This document shows positions 43,230-54,350 of a stretch of DNA of 64,000 nt, piece by piece (the stretch's first letter is position 1; each line of letters starts with the position of its first letter). This DNA comes from Guillardia theta CCMP2712. Lineage: Eukaryota; Protista; Cryptophyta. The position numbers and the translations under genes were made by a program. The stretch is from the NCBI RefSeq assembly GCF_000315625.1, contig NW_005434649.1:624968-688967 (forward strand), written 5' to 3'. The notes beneath the pieces are model-generated. The model had not been told where the DNA came from. It did not search any database and saw nothing but the letters and a program-made list of their open reading frames with translations.

Positions 43230-43717
43230 GGATTTTTGACCAGCATGTCATGCGCCACTACAAGAGATCAAAAGAATCATCTCGCACGAGCGTTGAGAAA
43301 TATCAGAACAAGTGACACAATAATGGCGCAGCCGATCCAGATAGGCAAGATCGACCTGCAATATCAGGCAAGGCAATCAACCTGCGAAGCTATCGCCGGG
43401 TGGGATGGAAACACTAGCAAGGCAAGTCATGAGGTAGGGGATAGCGGAAATGCGATCTTACGGTTTAGTTGTAACTCGTCTGCTGACCATTCGACCTTCT
43501 TTAATCTCGCCCAAACCGACGTTGTTTGTTGTCGCAATAGTGTACTTCTCCCCTGTCGCTCTATACATTCTTCTTCTTGCTGATCTGGGTTGTTGGTTTG
43601 ATCTTCCGATTCTTCTAAGAGGATAGATCCCGGCGCCTCCTCCTCCCTCACTTTCTCCTCCCCCTCCCCCTTCTGCATCTTCTCGATACCTCCGGCGGTC
43701 ATCCTCAGCATCTTCAC
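43230..43717 (-). CDS. Possible small multi-exon hypothetical protein
   Basis: Coding-like ORF 43427-43717 plus downstream exon-like segments; no domain recognised. Confidence 0.3.
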
Positions 43718-44161
43718 TGCATTGACTTGGCCCTCTACCCCCTACCCCTTACCCCTACCCCCTACCCCTACCCCCCCTTGCAATGACAATAATAACCATA
43801 TATAGCCAAAGTGTTCAAGTACCCCCTTGTTTCCATGGAGAGAAGCTAGAAAGAAGGGGTGGTCGAATAGTCCTTCCGTCCCTAGTTGCAGCTTTCCTCC
43901 TCTTCCCCCTCCTCTTCCCCCTCCTCTTCCCCCTCCTCCTTCCCCCTCCTCCTTCCCCCTCCTCCTTCCCCCTCCTCCTTTGTCTTTCTTCCTACGCCAT
44001 TTCCCCGTCAAATTTCTCCTTTCTTCCCATCGCTTTCGATTTTGTGCTTTTCTTGGCTCTGCCTGTCTTGTCCCTTGCGTCTTGCTTTCAATACCTTTGT
44101 TGCCTTTCCTTCTCCGACTGTCTCACTCACAACCAGGAGCAGACAGTTCCTCGAATTCGGC

Positions 44162-45223
44162 ATGGCGCAGGCCCGCATCCTTCTCTTGTTTCTGTTCGCT
44201 TGCACTTCATGCGTAGAGCGCTGCAGCAGCTTTGCAACTGGGAGGTTGCTGCCATGGGGTGAAGCTACCAGTCGGTTGTCATCTTCCGCGAGGAACCTGC
44301 CAAGAATGGAGGTGAAGGCGAAGCTGAGCCCGAGGATGTCTCCAGCTAGCATCCCTCAGCTCAACGATCCCTTCGGTCCGTCGCGAGCTCTGAGAGATCT
44401 CGTGAAGATGACGAGACCTCAAAACATCCCAGCTGAGCTCGGGCTGAGTCTCGCAGGCAGCCTCTTCGCCTCCCGGTCTCTCGCGTGCCTCGCTGACCCG
44501 CTGGTCTGGCTCGTCGCTCTCTTCAGCGCGTCCGTGGGCGTCGGCTCCATGCTCATCAACGACTACTTCGACTATCGCTCAGGTGCGGACGCCTACAAGA
44601 GCAACCCGATGGCAGAGGGGACCGTACATCCAGAGCAAGCTCTTCTCGCAGCATCCTCATGGTATCTCATGAGCTTCTTCTTCGCCTGCATCCTCCTCGA
44701 GTCATTCCAGCTCAGAGCGCTGGTGAGCGTCTCGCTGCTCCTCACCTTCCTCTACACGCCGTTGTTGAAGGGGGTGCTCTTCCTCAAGAACTTGGTCGTC
44801 GCTTTTGTCATCGCCCAGGCGATCGTTCTGGGTGGTCTTGCTGTTGGAGACGTGAGGATGCAGAGCACCTTGCTCCCCTCCCTCTACATGTTCTGCCTCA
44901 TCCTATGGCAGGAAGTCCTCATGGACATCCGCGACGTGCGGGGAGACGCGGAGGCTGGCATCAGAACGATCCCCGTCGTCCTCGGCTGCAAGTTTGCGGC
45001 TCTCCTTGCGCTCCTCTCTGCTGGGCTGGCTGCATTGCTTCCGCTCTTGGCGTCCGGTTCGACGGTGGCACGTCTTGCTCTGCCTCTGGTGCAGCTTCCT
45101 CTGCTGCATTCGACCTGGCGGCTGGTGGTGGCGGAGAAGGTGAAGGCGGAGGAGATCGCGCGAGCCCTCGGCCTGTGCGAGCGCACGGGCGCCCTCGCCA
45201 TCCTCCTCCTCGCTGCTCCTTGA
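44162..45223 (+). CDS. UbiA-family prenyltransferase (DGGGP-synthase-like), intronless, with bipartite plastid-type presequence
   Basis: Motifs MTRPQN, MLINDYFDYRSGAD, FLYTPLLK…KN and EVLMDIRDVRGDAEAGIRTIPVVLG; many TM helices; N-terminus MAQARILLLFLFACTSCVERCSSF. Confidence 0.85.
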   Translation: MAQARILLLFLFACTSCVERCSSFATGRLLPWGEATSRLSSSARNLPRMEVKAKLSPRMSPASIPQLNDPFGPSRALRDLVKMTRPQNIPAELGLSLAGSLFASRSLACLADPLVWLVALFSASVGVGSMLINDYFDYRSGADAYKSNPMAEGTVHPEQALLAASSWYLMSFFFACILLESFQLRALVSVSLLLTFLYTPLLKGVLFLKNLVVAFVIAQAIVLGGLAVGDVRMQSTLLPSLYMFCLILWQEVLMDIRDVRGDAEAGIRTIPVVLGCKFAALLALLSAGLAALLPLLASGSTVARLALPLVQLPLLHSTWRLVVAEKVKAEEIARALGLCERTGALAILLLAAP

Positions 45224-45338
45224 TGATGCCGCGAGCCTGCATACCCCATGCGAAGAAACCTGCTTTTAGGGATAGACCCAGGGGGAGGGGGTTAAAATAA
45301 ACTAAAATGTAGGGGTAGTCCATAAGGCGCATTTCGTA

Positions 45339-46558
45339 ATGCGACCTTTGTCCTTGCCGCTTGTTGTGCTACTGATCCATTGCTGCGCCTCCTCCTCCTC
45401 CTCGCTCTCTCCTCCTCTTCCTCCTCCTTCCACTTCTGGATCCTCCTCCTCCTCCTCCTCCTCAACATTATTTCTCCAATCCTGCTTCTCCCTGCTTCCG
45501 ATTTCTCGTATCTCATCGCGATGTGGCTTTGGCAGACCTCCCTCCTTTCAGCCCCGTCACTTCAGTCGCACGCTTTCATCGAGCATGGCGGGTTGTGAAG
45601 CAGCTGACGACTCGCAAACTCCAAGTCACAGCCGCATCCTGTTGGCCCCAGCAGCTCCTCGCGTGCATGCGCTTGAAGCTAAAGGAGGAACACCCTGGAG
45701 GTTCAACAGCTCTTGGCACCTCTTGCATCGCCAGCAGCGATTGTCGTCCTGCTGCGAGGTCTGGACCAAGGAGGAGAACACGCGGGTCTTCAAGTCCTTC
45801 CTCTCCCACAGCACCGCCGGGACCAGTCAGGTGGGGGTGAAGTTGAGGTGGAAGAGATCCCCTTTGCTGGATCTGGCGTCGGTTGCCAGGTCTGGGAGTC
45901 CTCGGTGGCTTGCGCGCTCCTCCTCGCCGCCATGCCTGCGGGCTGGCTATCGGAAGCTGGTTCTCTCCTCGAGCTTGGCTCGGGGGTGGGGTTAGGAGGA
46001 GGAGCAGCGGCTGAGCTGAGAGACCACCTCGGGTTGGATCAGATACTGCTGTCGGACTGTCAGAGCAGCCTCGTTGAGCTGTTGAGGAGGCGGCGAGGTG
46101 AATCGGAGGGAGTGGTAGAGTTGGACTGGAACAAGGAGGAGGAGGTCAAGGCTGCGAGCAGCATGGCAGAGGGAGTGATGGCCTGCGATTGCGTTTATTA
46201 CCATCCTGACATGCTCGCCTTGCTTCGAGCTGCTGCTCCCGGTGGCCTCCTCCAGCCCAAGCTGGGACTCTTTCTTGCCCCTCAGCATCGCTCGTGCTTC
46301 CAAGAGTTCCGGCGACACCTGCGGAAGAAGGCGGAGGAGGAGGGGCAGCACTGGTGCTCCTTCGAGGTGAAGCTGGAGGGGAGGCACGACTTCCTTCCTC
46401 GCCCCAGCGAGACCATCCTGGGCAGCTTGTCGGGCAGCCTCGACCGTGAGAACAGAACGTCGATGACGCGCGTGTCCGGCTTCATGTTCTCCTCCTCCTT
46501 CAAGGTCATCCACGAGCTCAAGACAAGGCTGACGGAGGGAGATGCTCGCAATGTCTGA
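45339..46558 (+). CDS. METTL21/family-16 protein lysine methyltransferase-like; 5' exon structure uncertain
   Basis: GCQVWESS, LLELGSGVGLGG (motif I), LLSD, VELDW and ACDCVYY (DxxY). Confidence 0.8.
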
Positions 46559-46569
46559 GCCTCATCTGC

Positions 46570-49500
46570 TCAACAAGTCGAAGGCGCTTGAGGTCGACAG
46601 CGGAGGAAGCGACTCGTGCGAGGGCGATGAGACCTGCGAGGGGTGAGCAGTCCTTCTCTTCCTCCCCGTCTTACTGTCGCAGACTCGACGTGCTTCAAGA
46701 GCTCGTCCAGTCGCTCCTTCCAATCAACGAACGACGTCGCAGCTGACGGTACATGAGACAAGTGGAGAAGCCGAGGAGAGGCAGAGGAGGCGTTACCTGC
46801 TCCTGCTCTTGTCAGCGCTTCCTCTGCCCTGGTCTTGCTGCTTGCTTCCCCCTCATGCTCGCGTAGAGGAGGATTGAAGTCCCGCGATGCTGGCGGAGAG
46901 AGCTCGACGGTTAAAGGAGGAGGGAGAGAAAGGCTGGCGCGAGCTCGAGGCTCTTCCTGTTGGAGGGTGTTGGGGTTGGTAAAGGCTGAGGAAGAGGAGG
47001 AGAGGCTTGTTCGAGGGTGCGAGGTGGGAGGAGGCGGGACGGGTGGAGGAAAGGAGAGGTAAGGAGGCTCGACATTGGCGAGGAAGGAAGCATGAGCTGT
47101 GTGCAGGCTCTTCAAGATGCTCGCGGGAGCGTCAGGGTGATGGGGGTCGAGAGAGATCTGCGAACACTCAAAGAAGAAAATCGAAGAGAGAGTGGATGGA
47201 GAAGGTAGCGAGAGAGGGGAGGGACCTCTGCTGAAGAGGTTGCAACTTTACCTCGCAGTCTTGACAGGCAGCAGAGAGTCTCGTCAGCATTGTCTTTACC
47301 TGCCGCTCCAGTCTCGTAAAGTTGTCCTCCATCCTCCGCGCTCCCTCCTGTGCAATCGCCCTGTACGGGGTCAGCGAGTGAGGAGAGACGGAGCCCTTCC
47401 CCTCCTCGAGCTACTTTACCTTCCCTTCCCCTCCTCGAGCTACTTTACCTTCCCTTCCTCTCCTCGAGCTACTTTACCTTCCCTTCCCCTCCTCGAGCTA
47501 GTTTACCTTTCGTGTCGTTGCAGCTGGAGCTCTCGGGTCAGGGTTCGCAGCTCAGCCTCCTTCTCTTCCACCAGGGTCTGCCGCGGCCTCTCACTTCCTC
47601 CTCCTCCCCGCCTCTCGCCTGCCTCAAGCGTGCGAACTCGCGAGCCGAAGGCAATCTCGCCGGCGGTGACGGCAGCAGAGGAGCGTTGCTGGAAGAGAAG
47701 CTCGCGAGCATGCTGGGGAAGGCAGTGAGAAGAGAGAGCGAGGCAAGCAGACGAGGATGAGGAAAGAAGAGTGGGAGGGTGAAGGCGAACAGTTGGCACC
47801 CGCTCATTTCTTGTTAGATTCGCTTCCGTCACTCCGAGATCTCTGCGCAGGTCGAGCACCATCTGACCCTGATTGAGAAAGGAAGGGGAAGAACAAGCGA
47901 GGAGAAGTACAAGACAGAGAGGAGGAGGAGAAGTACAAGACAGAGAGGAGGAGGAGAAGTACAAGACGGGAAGGAGGAGAAGGAGCACAAGACAAGAGGA
48001 GGATTAGGCTCAACCTCCTCTGCGGACTTAGTTTGCTGCTTGTATTTCTCCAGCTCCTCCAGGAGCGCCTGAAGGGACTGAGTCTCCTCCTCCCTCCCCC
48101 TCCCCCTCACCTCGCGCTCTTCCACCATATCATGGCACATGTCCAGCAAGTTGAAGAATTCTGCTGACCCTCGCGCCAGTCGCACCTGAAACAACTTCAC
48201 CGACACTCACGTTGCCTCCTTCCTCCCTCCTCTCGTCGCTACCGTGAAGTAGTGCCACAAGTCCTCGTCCTCCTCCAAGTCGCTGCTGTTCTCCGAGTCC
48301 GAGTCCTCCCACTCCTCAGCTTTCTGCGTGTCTTCATTCGTCTCTTCCTCTCTCCTGGAGCTTTCTGCTCCCCTCCCTCACTCCTCTCTTGCTCACGCTT
48401 CCCTCACGCTTCCAGCTCCTGCTCTTCCCCACGCTCCTGCTCCTTCTTTTCAGCCTCTTTCGTGGTCTTCCTACTCCCTCTTATCCTCTTTTCTCATCCT
48501 CCTCCACTCCACACCCTGACGAGTCTACTACGACCACTGGCTACTCCAACTTTCTCCAAACCAGCTCAAATCCTTTCTTTCCTCCTCCTCCTCCTCCTCC
48601 TCCTCCTCCTCCTCACTTTCTTCTTCGACGCCTGGCTCAGGGATCTCCGCATGACCAGAGACACGCCGGAGCCAGGGGGGCCGAGCAGGAGCATGTTGAC
48701 CTGAGGAAGCAGCAGAGGCGCCACGTCCACCCCCTCCACCCGCACCAGCTCGTCTCCGATGCTGTCATCCATGTCAAAACCCCAGCAAATCCCCAGCTAC
48801 CCCAATCTCTCACCAGATCGATGGATTCTTCGCACGATCTGCTGCAGTTCCAGGGAGAATTTCTTGAACGCGAAAACGCTTGACAGGAGGAGGCTGAACT
48901 CGGACAACAGCTTCCTCCTCCTCCTCCTCCTCCTCCTCCTCCTCCTCCTCCTTGTTTCTTTTGTCCTTCCCCAGCTTGTCTTTCACACCAAGGTTGAGGT
49001 TGACAAAACCTGCTGAGGGTCAGCTGGAAATTGAGGGACGTTTGGCTCACGCGGAGGGGAGGAAGTTTCGAGGTGAGAGAGGATCAGCCCGACGCCGTTG
49101 ACAGTGAAATGCGAAGCATCCGCCCGCACGTGAAACATCATTTCCTGTCTACATCTTCACTCCTCCTCCTCATCCTCCTCCTCCTCCCTCACCTTAAACT
49201 TTTTAGTCTCTTCTTCCCCCTCCTTTCTTTGTCTTTCACCATTCGAATCTTTCTCGTGTCTCTCCTTGAGCGAGCTGTTGAGACAAGATCAAAACTTCCT
49301 CGTCATTTCCTCTTTTCTCTTTACCGAACTGTTTTCAGCTCTTCGATACACTTGGCATTTACGCTTGAATCAGCCCAAGAAGCTTTCGAGGATATTTCGC
49401 GATCAAACTTCTTAGAAGCCTCTGCCCTGCAAGCAAGCCATAAGGTCTCCCTCCCTCCCTCCCTCCCTCCCTCCCTCCTTCGCTTCACCGCATGTTGAAT

Positions 49501-50759
49501 TGTCGAGATGGCAACGTCTCTGCTTGCCGACGAAATGGATTTCTGACGACGCGACCAGCAGCATCGAGGCCAGGGAATGCTCGTTCCTCCTGAGGAAGCG
49601 AATGAAACAGGGAGAAGAGGGCATGGGCTCACCTCCTTCTCCTCTTCCCACTGAACTTTCTTGTCCGTTTCCTTGGGCATCCCAGGAGCTCCGTTGAAGG
49701 CCCCCCGTATCCCCCATAGGTCGAGAGGAACGGGTTTCCCGTCGATCCCCTCCTCCCCATGCTGCCGCTTCTTGTCAGCTCGAGCACATGCAAACCAGCA
49801 GGACCCCAGCTGTGAGCGTGCTGAGAGGGACGGGCACATGCTTGGGATGTCGACGCAGCAAATGACCGACTGGATGGCCTGCAGCAGCAGAGAGAAGAAC
49901 TGAGCAGCAGCAGCAGCGGAGGAGGAGGAGGAGGAGGAGGAGGAGGAGGAGACCTTGACGGACAGGAATCTGAGAGGCGAGTGAGTGTCATGCCAATGCA
50001 GGAGAACAATCACCTTGGTGAGGACACGATCATAGGCATCTCGGAGAACAGGCGGCGGAATCACGATCTCCTCCTCTTCGCCACTGAGGGACGAGTAGGA
50101 GGAGGAGGAGGAGGAGGAGGAGCATCGTTAGAAGAGATGAGAGGCAGACAAGGCTTACAGTCTTCTGCTCTTAATCGTCTCCGCCAACCGTCTAGCTGCT
50201 GTGGAAGCTTTCTCAGCCTCCGACCTGTGGCCTTGGACGAGTCAAAACAGTTGAATTCGCTCCTATACCCCCATTTTCCCTCTCCTCCCTTCTAAGTCCT
50301 CTCTCCTCCCCTCCCCTCCCGACCCCTCTATTCTCANNNNNNNNNNNNNNNNNNNNNNNNNNNNNNNNNNNNNNNNNNNNNNNNNNNNNNNNNNNNNNNN
50401 NNNNNNNNNNNNNNNNNNNNNNNNNNNNNNNNNNNNTCCTCCTCCTCCTCCTCCTCCTCCTCCTCCTCCTCCTCTCCTCCTCCTCCTCCTCTCCTCTCCT
50501 CTCCTCTCCTCTCCTCTCCTCTCCTCTCCTCTCCTCTCCTCTCCCTCTCCCTCTCCCTCTCCTTACCTATCACTTGCTCCGCTATCTGCGCTATATGACC
50601 CGACATTTTGACTACCTTGATCAAATCATCGGCAATCGAATCGAACCGATTCATGTTGATTCGATTCGATTCAAAGCAGGTTGACTCAGTGAGGTCACAG
50701 GAGCTGGGCAACAAGGCACAAAACAGTACAATTGATGACCAGTTGGTCACGTCATACAT
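46570..50759 (-). CDS. Large multi-exon hypothetical protein(s) with coiled coil and a degenerate P-loop-like segment
   Basis: Chain of minus-strand coding-like exons (LVEEKEAELRTLTRELQLQ, VNMLLLGPPGSGVSL, MYDVTNWSSIV…); may represent two genes. Confidence 0.4.
47396..47510. repeat. 29-bp tandem repeat, about 4 copies
   Basis: cctcctcgagctactttaccttcccttcc repeated. Confidence 0.9.
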
Positions 50760-51308
50760 GGAAGAGGACGGTGATGAGGAAGAGGCCTCCGGTGATTGGC
50801 ATCCCGTCTTTCAGCTTGGCAGATGCGGGGCGCGGCAGCTGCAACATGGAGGGCGTCGGGGTTGATACTGCTCAGACCCACGATCGCAGATTCCAAGATC
50901 TGAGTTTGCGGCCATGAGGATGGGAGGCGTCTGAGTTTTACTCGCAGAAGGTAAAAAGTGCCTCACAAGCAGAAGAAAGCAGCAACAAGCAAAACCGGCA
51001 AGCATAGAGGATGGGAGGGTACCTGCGGTCGAAAGGTGACCGACGATCCCCAGCTGGCATCGCCTTGACTGTTGTCATGCGCTATAGGAAGCTTGGAGGA
51101 TCCAGAAGCATCAAGCGGGAAAGCCTTGAGGGGATTAGTTTTACTCGCAGATATGATCCTTCCTCGTCCAGCTATCAGACCCTTGTTCTGCTCTTTGAGC
51201 ACCTTCCCGCCTTACTGCTTCCCGTACCCAACGTATGTGCCGCTGCGCCCGCTGAGGATATATAGCCTAAGGGTAAAGCGTACACTGGCGGGCAGTAAAT
51301 CCTATAGA

Positions 51309-54300
51309 GGATTTACTGGCAGAAGATAAAAAGTGCCTCAAGCAAGACAAAGCAGGAACAAGCTGAACCGGCAGGTACACAGTCCACAGCGAGAAGCTGC
51401 ACAAACACACACAAAACACAAGCCCGAAAAGAACCAGCACTGCTGGCACCCAGACGCGGCAGCGCCAGCCCAAGCGCGAAGCCGCGCAGACAAGCAGCCT
51501 AAGGGTCAGGCAATCAAGCAACAAGCAGCAGGAGCATGCAGGAGGAATAAAATCCCTTAGACGCGATACCCGGAGGCAGCCGACTGACCACTGTCAGTCG
51601 AGACGTCCGCTGCCGCCACAAAGCGGGCGGCCGCGGACGGAGAAAGGGCAGCCGCCGACAAGGAGCCGGCGCTGCCCGGGTGTCCGCCTGGGGCAGCGGA
51701 CGGAGGGAGGCTGGACACATGAACACGGTACCGCTCGAGGTAGTCCTCCTCGCTAGCCTCCGAGTCAGCGGTAGCCAAGTCAGTGGTAGCCGCCCGTGAC
51801 GGCGGCGACGCCGCGGCAATGCCCAAGGACCGGCGTGACCCGACCGATGCCGGGGAGGAAGCAGGCGAGCTCGGACCAGCAGCAAGCACCCCAGTGGTGT
51901 CGAGCTCTCCGGAGGCACCCGACGTCACAGTGAGGGACGGAGACGCCTCGCCAGCTCCGCGCCGATCGTCAGCGCCACTCGAAGGGTTTCCCCCATCGGA
52001 GTCGGAGACCTCCGGCGAAGACTCCTCGGGCGACTCGACAAAGTCCGAGGAGGAGCTGTCCTCTGGCTCGAGAAGTGCTTGCGCCCGCAAGGGCGTCATG
52101 CGCCTCGCACCAGACAAGAGCGCTTCCAGCGTCAGCTGCATGGTGAGGCGCTGATAGGTGGCGGCGCGTTTGCGAGCCAAGACCTCAGCAGCAGGGCCGT
52201 CATCAGGCACAAAGTGCCGACCAAACGCCGCATCCTCAAGAGGCATTGAGCGCTGAGCAATGATGTCCGCCAAATACCAGAGGAAGCGGAGGGTGTCAGG
52301 ATGCAGGGTACCGTCCGTCGAGATGGCAAGAGGGATGAACGCTCGAGGAGGAGTAGTCATGGCATATGCAGCGCGATGTTTGCGAATCTTCTCAGACGCT
52401 GCAACATGGAGGGCGTCGAGGTTGACCTCCCCCCACTTGGTCAGGTCGGCAGAGCTACCAATGTAAGGGTGGACCAACGTCACGTCCGCCATCAAGTGGA
52501 CCGCACCCGGAGTCCCTCGATCGCGGATTCCAGGGATGTCCGCCAAATACCAGAGGAAGCGGAGGGTGTCAGGATGCAGGGTACCGTCCGTCGAGATGGC
52601 AAGAGGGATGAACGCTCGAGGAGGAGTAGTCATGGCATATGCAGCGCGATGTTTGCGAATCTTCTCAGACGCTGCAACATGGAGGGCGTCGAGGTTGACC
52701 TCCCCCCACTTGGTCAGGTCGGCAGAGCTACCAATGTAAGGGTGGACCAACGTCACGTCCGCCATCAAGCCCTCGTACTGCTCGGACCCTCGATCGCGGA
52801 TTCCAGGGATGTGGATATCGCCCTTCATCTTGCGGCCATGAGGATGGGAGGGTACCTGCCGTCGAGAACGAGGATCCCCCACTGTATCGATGACGCTCTG
52901 AAGACCAGCTTCGTTCAGCATCGACCGAATCGTACGAGTAAGGTTGTCATGCGCCGTGGGAAGCTTGGAGGATCGGCGTTTGCAGGTCTGGAGATGATGT
53001 GCAGCAACGGAGGGATCGAGCTCGCGCTGACATCCATCACATTTCGTCGGACACTGGCAGATCGGCATGCCATGGAGATAGCAGTCGAGCATCTGAGCAT
53101 AGCGGTGCGGGAAGGCCTTGAGGGGGTAGTAGCTCGAGACTCGCATCGGAGAGTGGCTCAGGTCTCGCTCAGGAAAATGAGCGAAGATGGTAGACTGCAA
53201 GACCCTATCCTGCGACTTGAGCGAGTGTGTCCTGCGGCTGTGCAAGGTGAGGATATCACGCTGCTGATCGGTCAGCGCAGCGCGAGCATGCACATGGCGA
53301 GGGAAGACGCGCATGACAAGAGGAGTCACATTTCGCTGCGCAGGGGGGAGGAATGAAGTGCTCATGAGACGAGTCGACGAGAGCGCGCAAACCAGGGATG
53401 TGTACCACAGATGCCGGGGGGCGTCCTGCGTCATCAGGCACAGCAGCCGGGGCAGGTGGGATCGCCGCGCCATCTGCAGCCGGTGCAGGAGCCTGGACAC
53501 GACGGTAGAGGATCGCTCCAGCATTATGAACGAAGTCGTGCGCCTCAACGAAGAAGGTCGCCAGAGGATGCTTCTGGGCACGGAGAGATCTCGAGCAGTG
53601 AACGTCCAGGCTATGAGGAGAGGTCAGCGTCCGGGACATGGGCTGGTCAGAGTACCAAGCGAGGAAGCGAGCGATAGCCGTATAGTAAACAGCGGGGTGT
53701 AGACCCTCAGAGGGCGTGAACTCGTCCCCTCCCCGACTATGCGGAAGCTCCCGCTTGAACCTCGCAAACTCGAGCAGGTCGGGATGCGCGGCGAGGTACT
53801 GCGAGGAAGGCCAGCGGTGGTATTTCTCTAGCGCCAGGTGGACAGAGAGGTCAAAGCGACGAATCTGTGATTGGACCCGCGGGAGAAACGGAGAAGACCC
53901 CTGGAGGAAGAAGCGCAGCTTCTGGAGATGGCTCGCCCTCACCAGCGTCTTGAACATGAAGCCATGCTGGACGAGCCCGAGCTTCGAGAGCTCTTCGTTG
54001 AGGGTAGAAACCTTCGCTCGGAGCTGACTAGCATGAAATCCATCCGTGCCGATAGGCAGGCCGCCAAGTGTAATCCCGCCAGTGACGACCTCGAAGTGAA
54101 GAAGTTGAGTCTTGAGACGGCGCTTAAGGCTCTTCTTCAGCTGCGAGAGATCAGGGTGTTGATGCCAGGAGGGGATGTAAACTTTCGACTCGCGAGGTTG
54201 AATCTCTAGCTTCAGATCAGCTAACATGTACTTCTTCATAGCGGACGTAGCTGCAACGGCATCCTCGAGTGGACCGACAAGCACGACGTTGTCAGCATAG

Positions 54301-54350
54301 GCCAAGACTCGAACAGAGGGAAAAAGCTGGCGCTTGAGAAATACCACCGC
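51309..54350 (-). mobile_element. Main 5'-truncated CRE-like element copy; 3' UTR 51309-51556 ending …CTTCTGCCAGTAAATCC, no poly(A) tail
   Basis: RT C-terminal half, Zn knuckle and RLE ORF followed by a ~250-nt TG-rich UTR whose end recurs identically in other copies. Confidence 0.85.
51557..54350 (-). pseudogene. RT-Zn knuckle-RLE polyprotein remnant (5'-truncated, frameshift near 53345)
   Basis: RT motifs VLAYADNVVLVG, LKLEIQPRESKVY, ITLGGLPIG and ELPHSRGG. CCHC knuckle CDGC…HHLQTC followed by AHDNL. RLE motifs KGDIHI, ADVTLVHP, EKIRKH and FIPLAISTDG. The frame switches in a C-run between ORFs 53256-54365 and 51557-53581. Confidence 0.85.

Noticed and set aside
48670-48700. P-loop NTPase (LLLGPPGSGVS)
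   Set aside because: It lacks the invariant Lys and no Walker B was found; left as hypothetical.
53335-53355. Programmed frameshift between the two retroelement ORFs
   Set aside because: The shift lies in a homopolymer run within a normally single ORF of a truncated copy; a mutation or sequencing error is more likely.
52301-53356. 351-aa plus-strand ORF
   Set aside because: Antisense shadow of the retroelement ORF in GC-rich DNA; its internal repeat only mirrors the 273-bp duplication.
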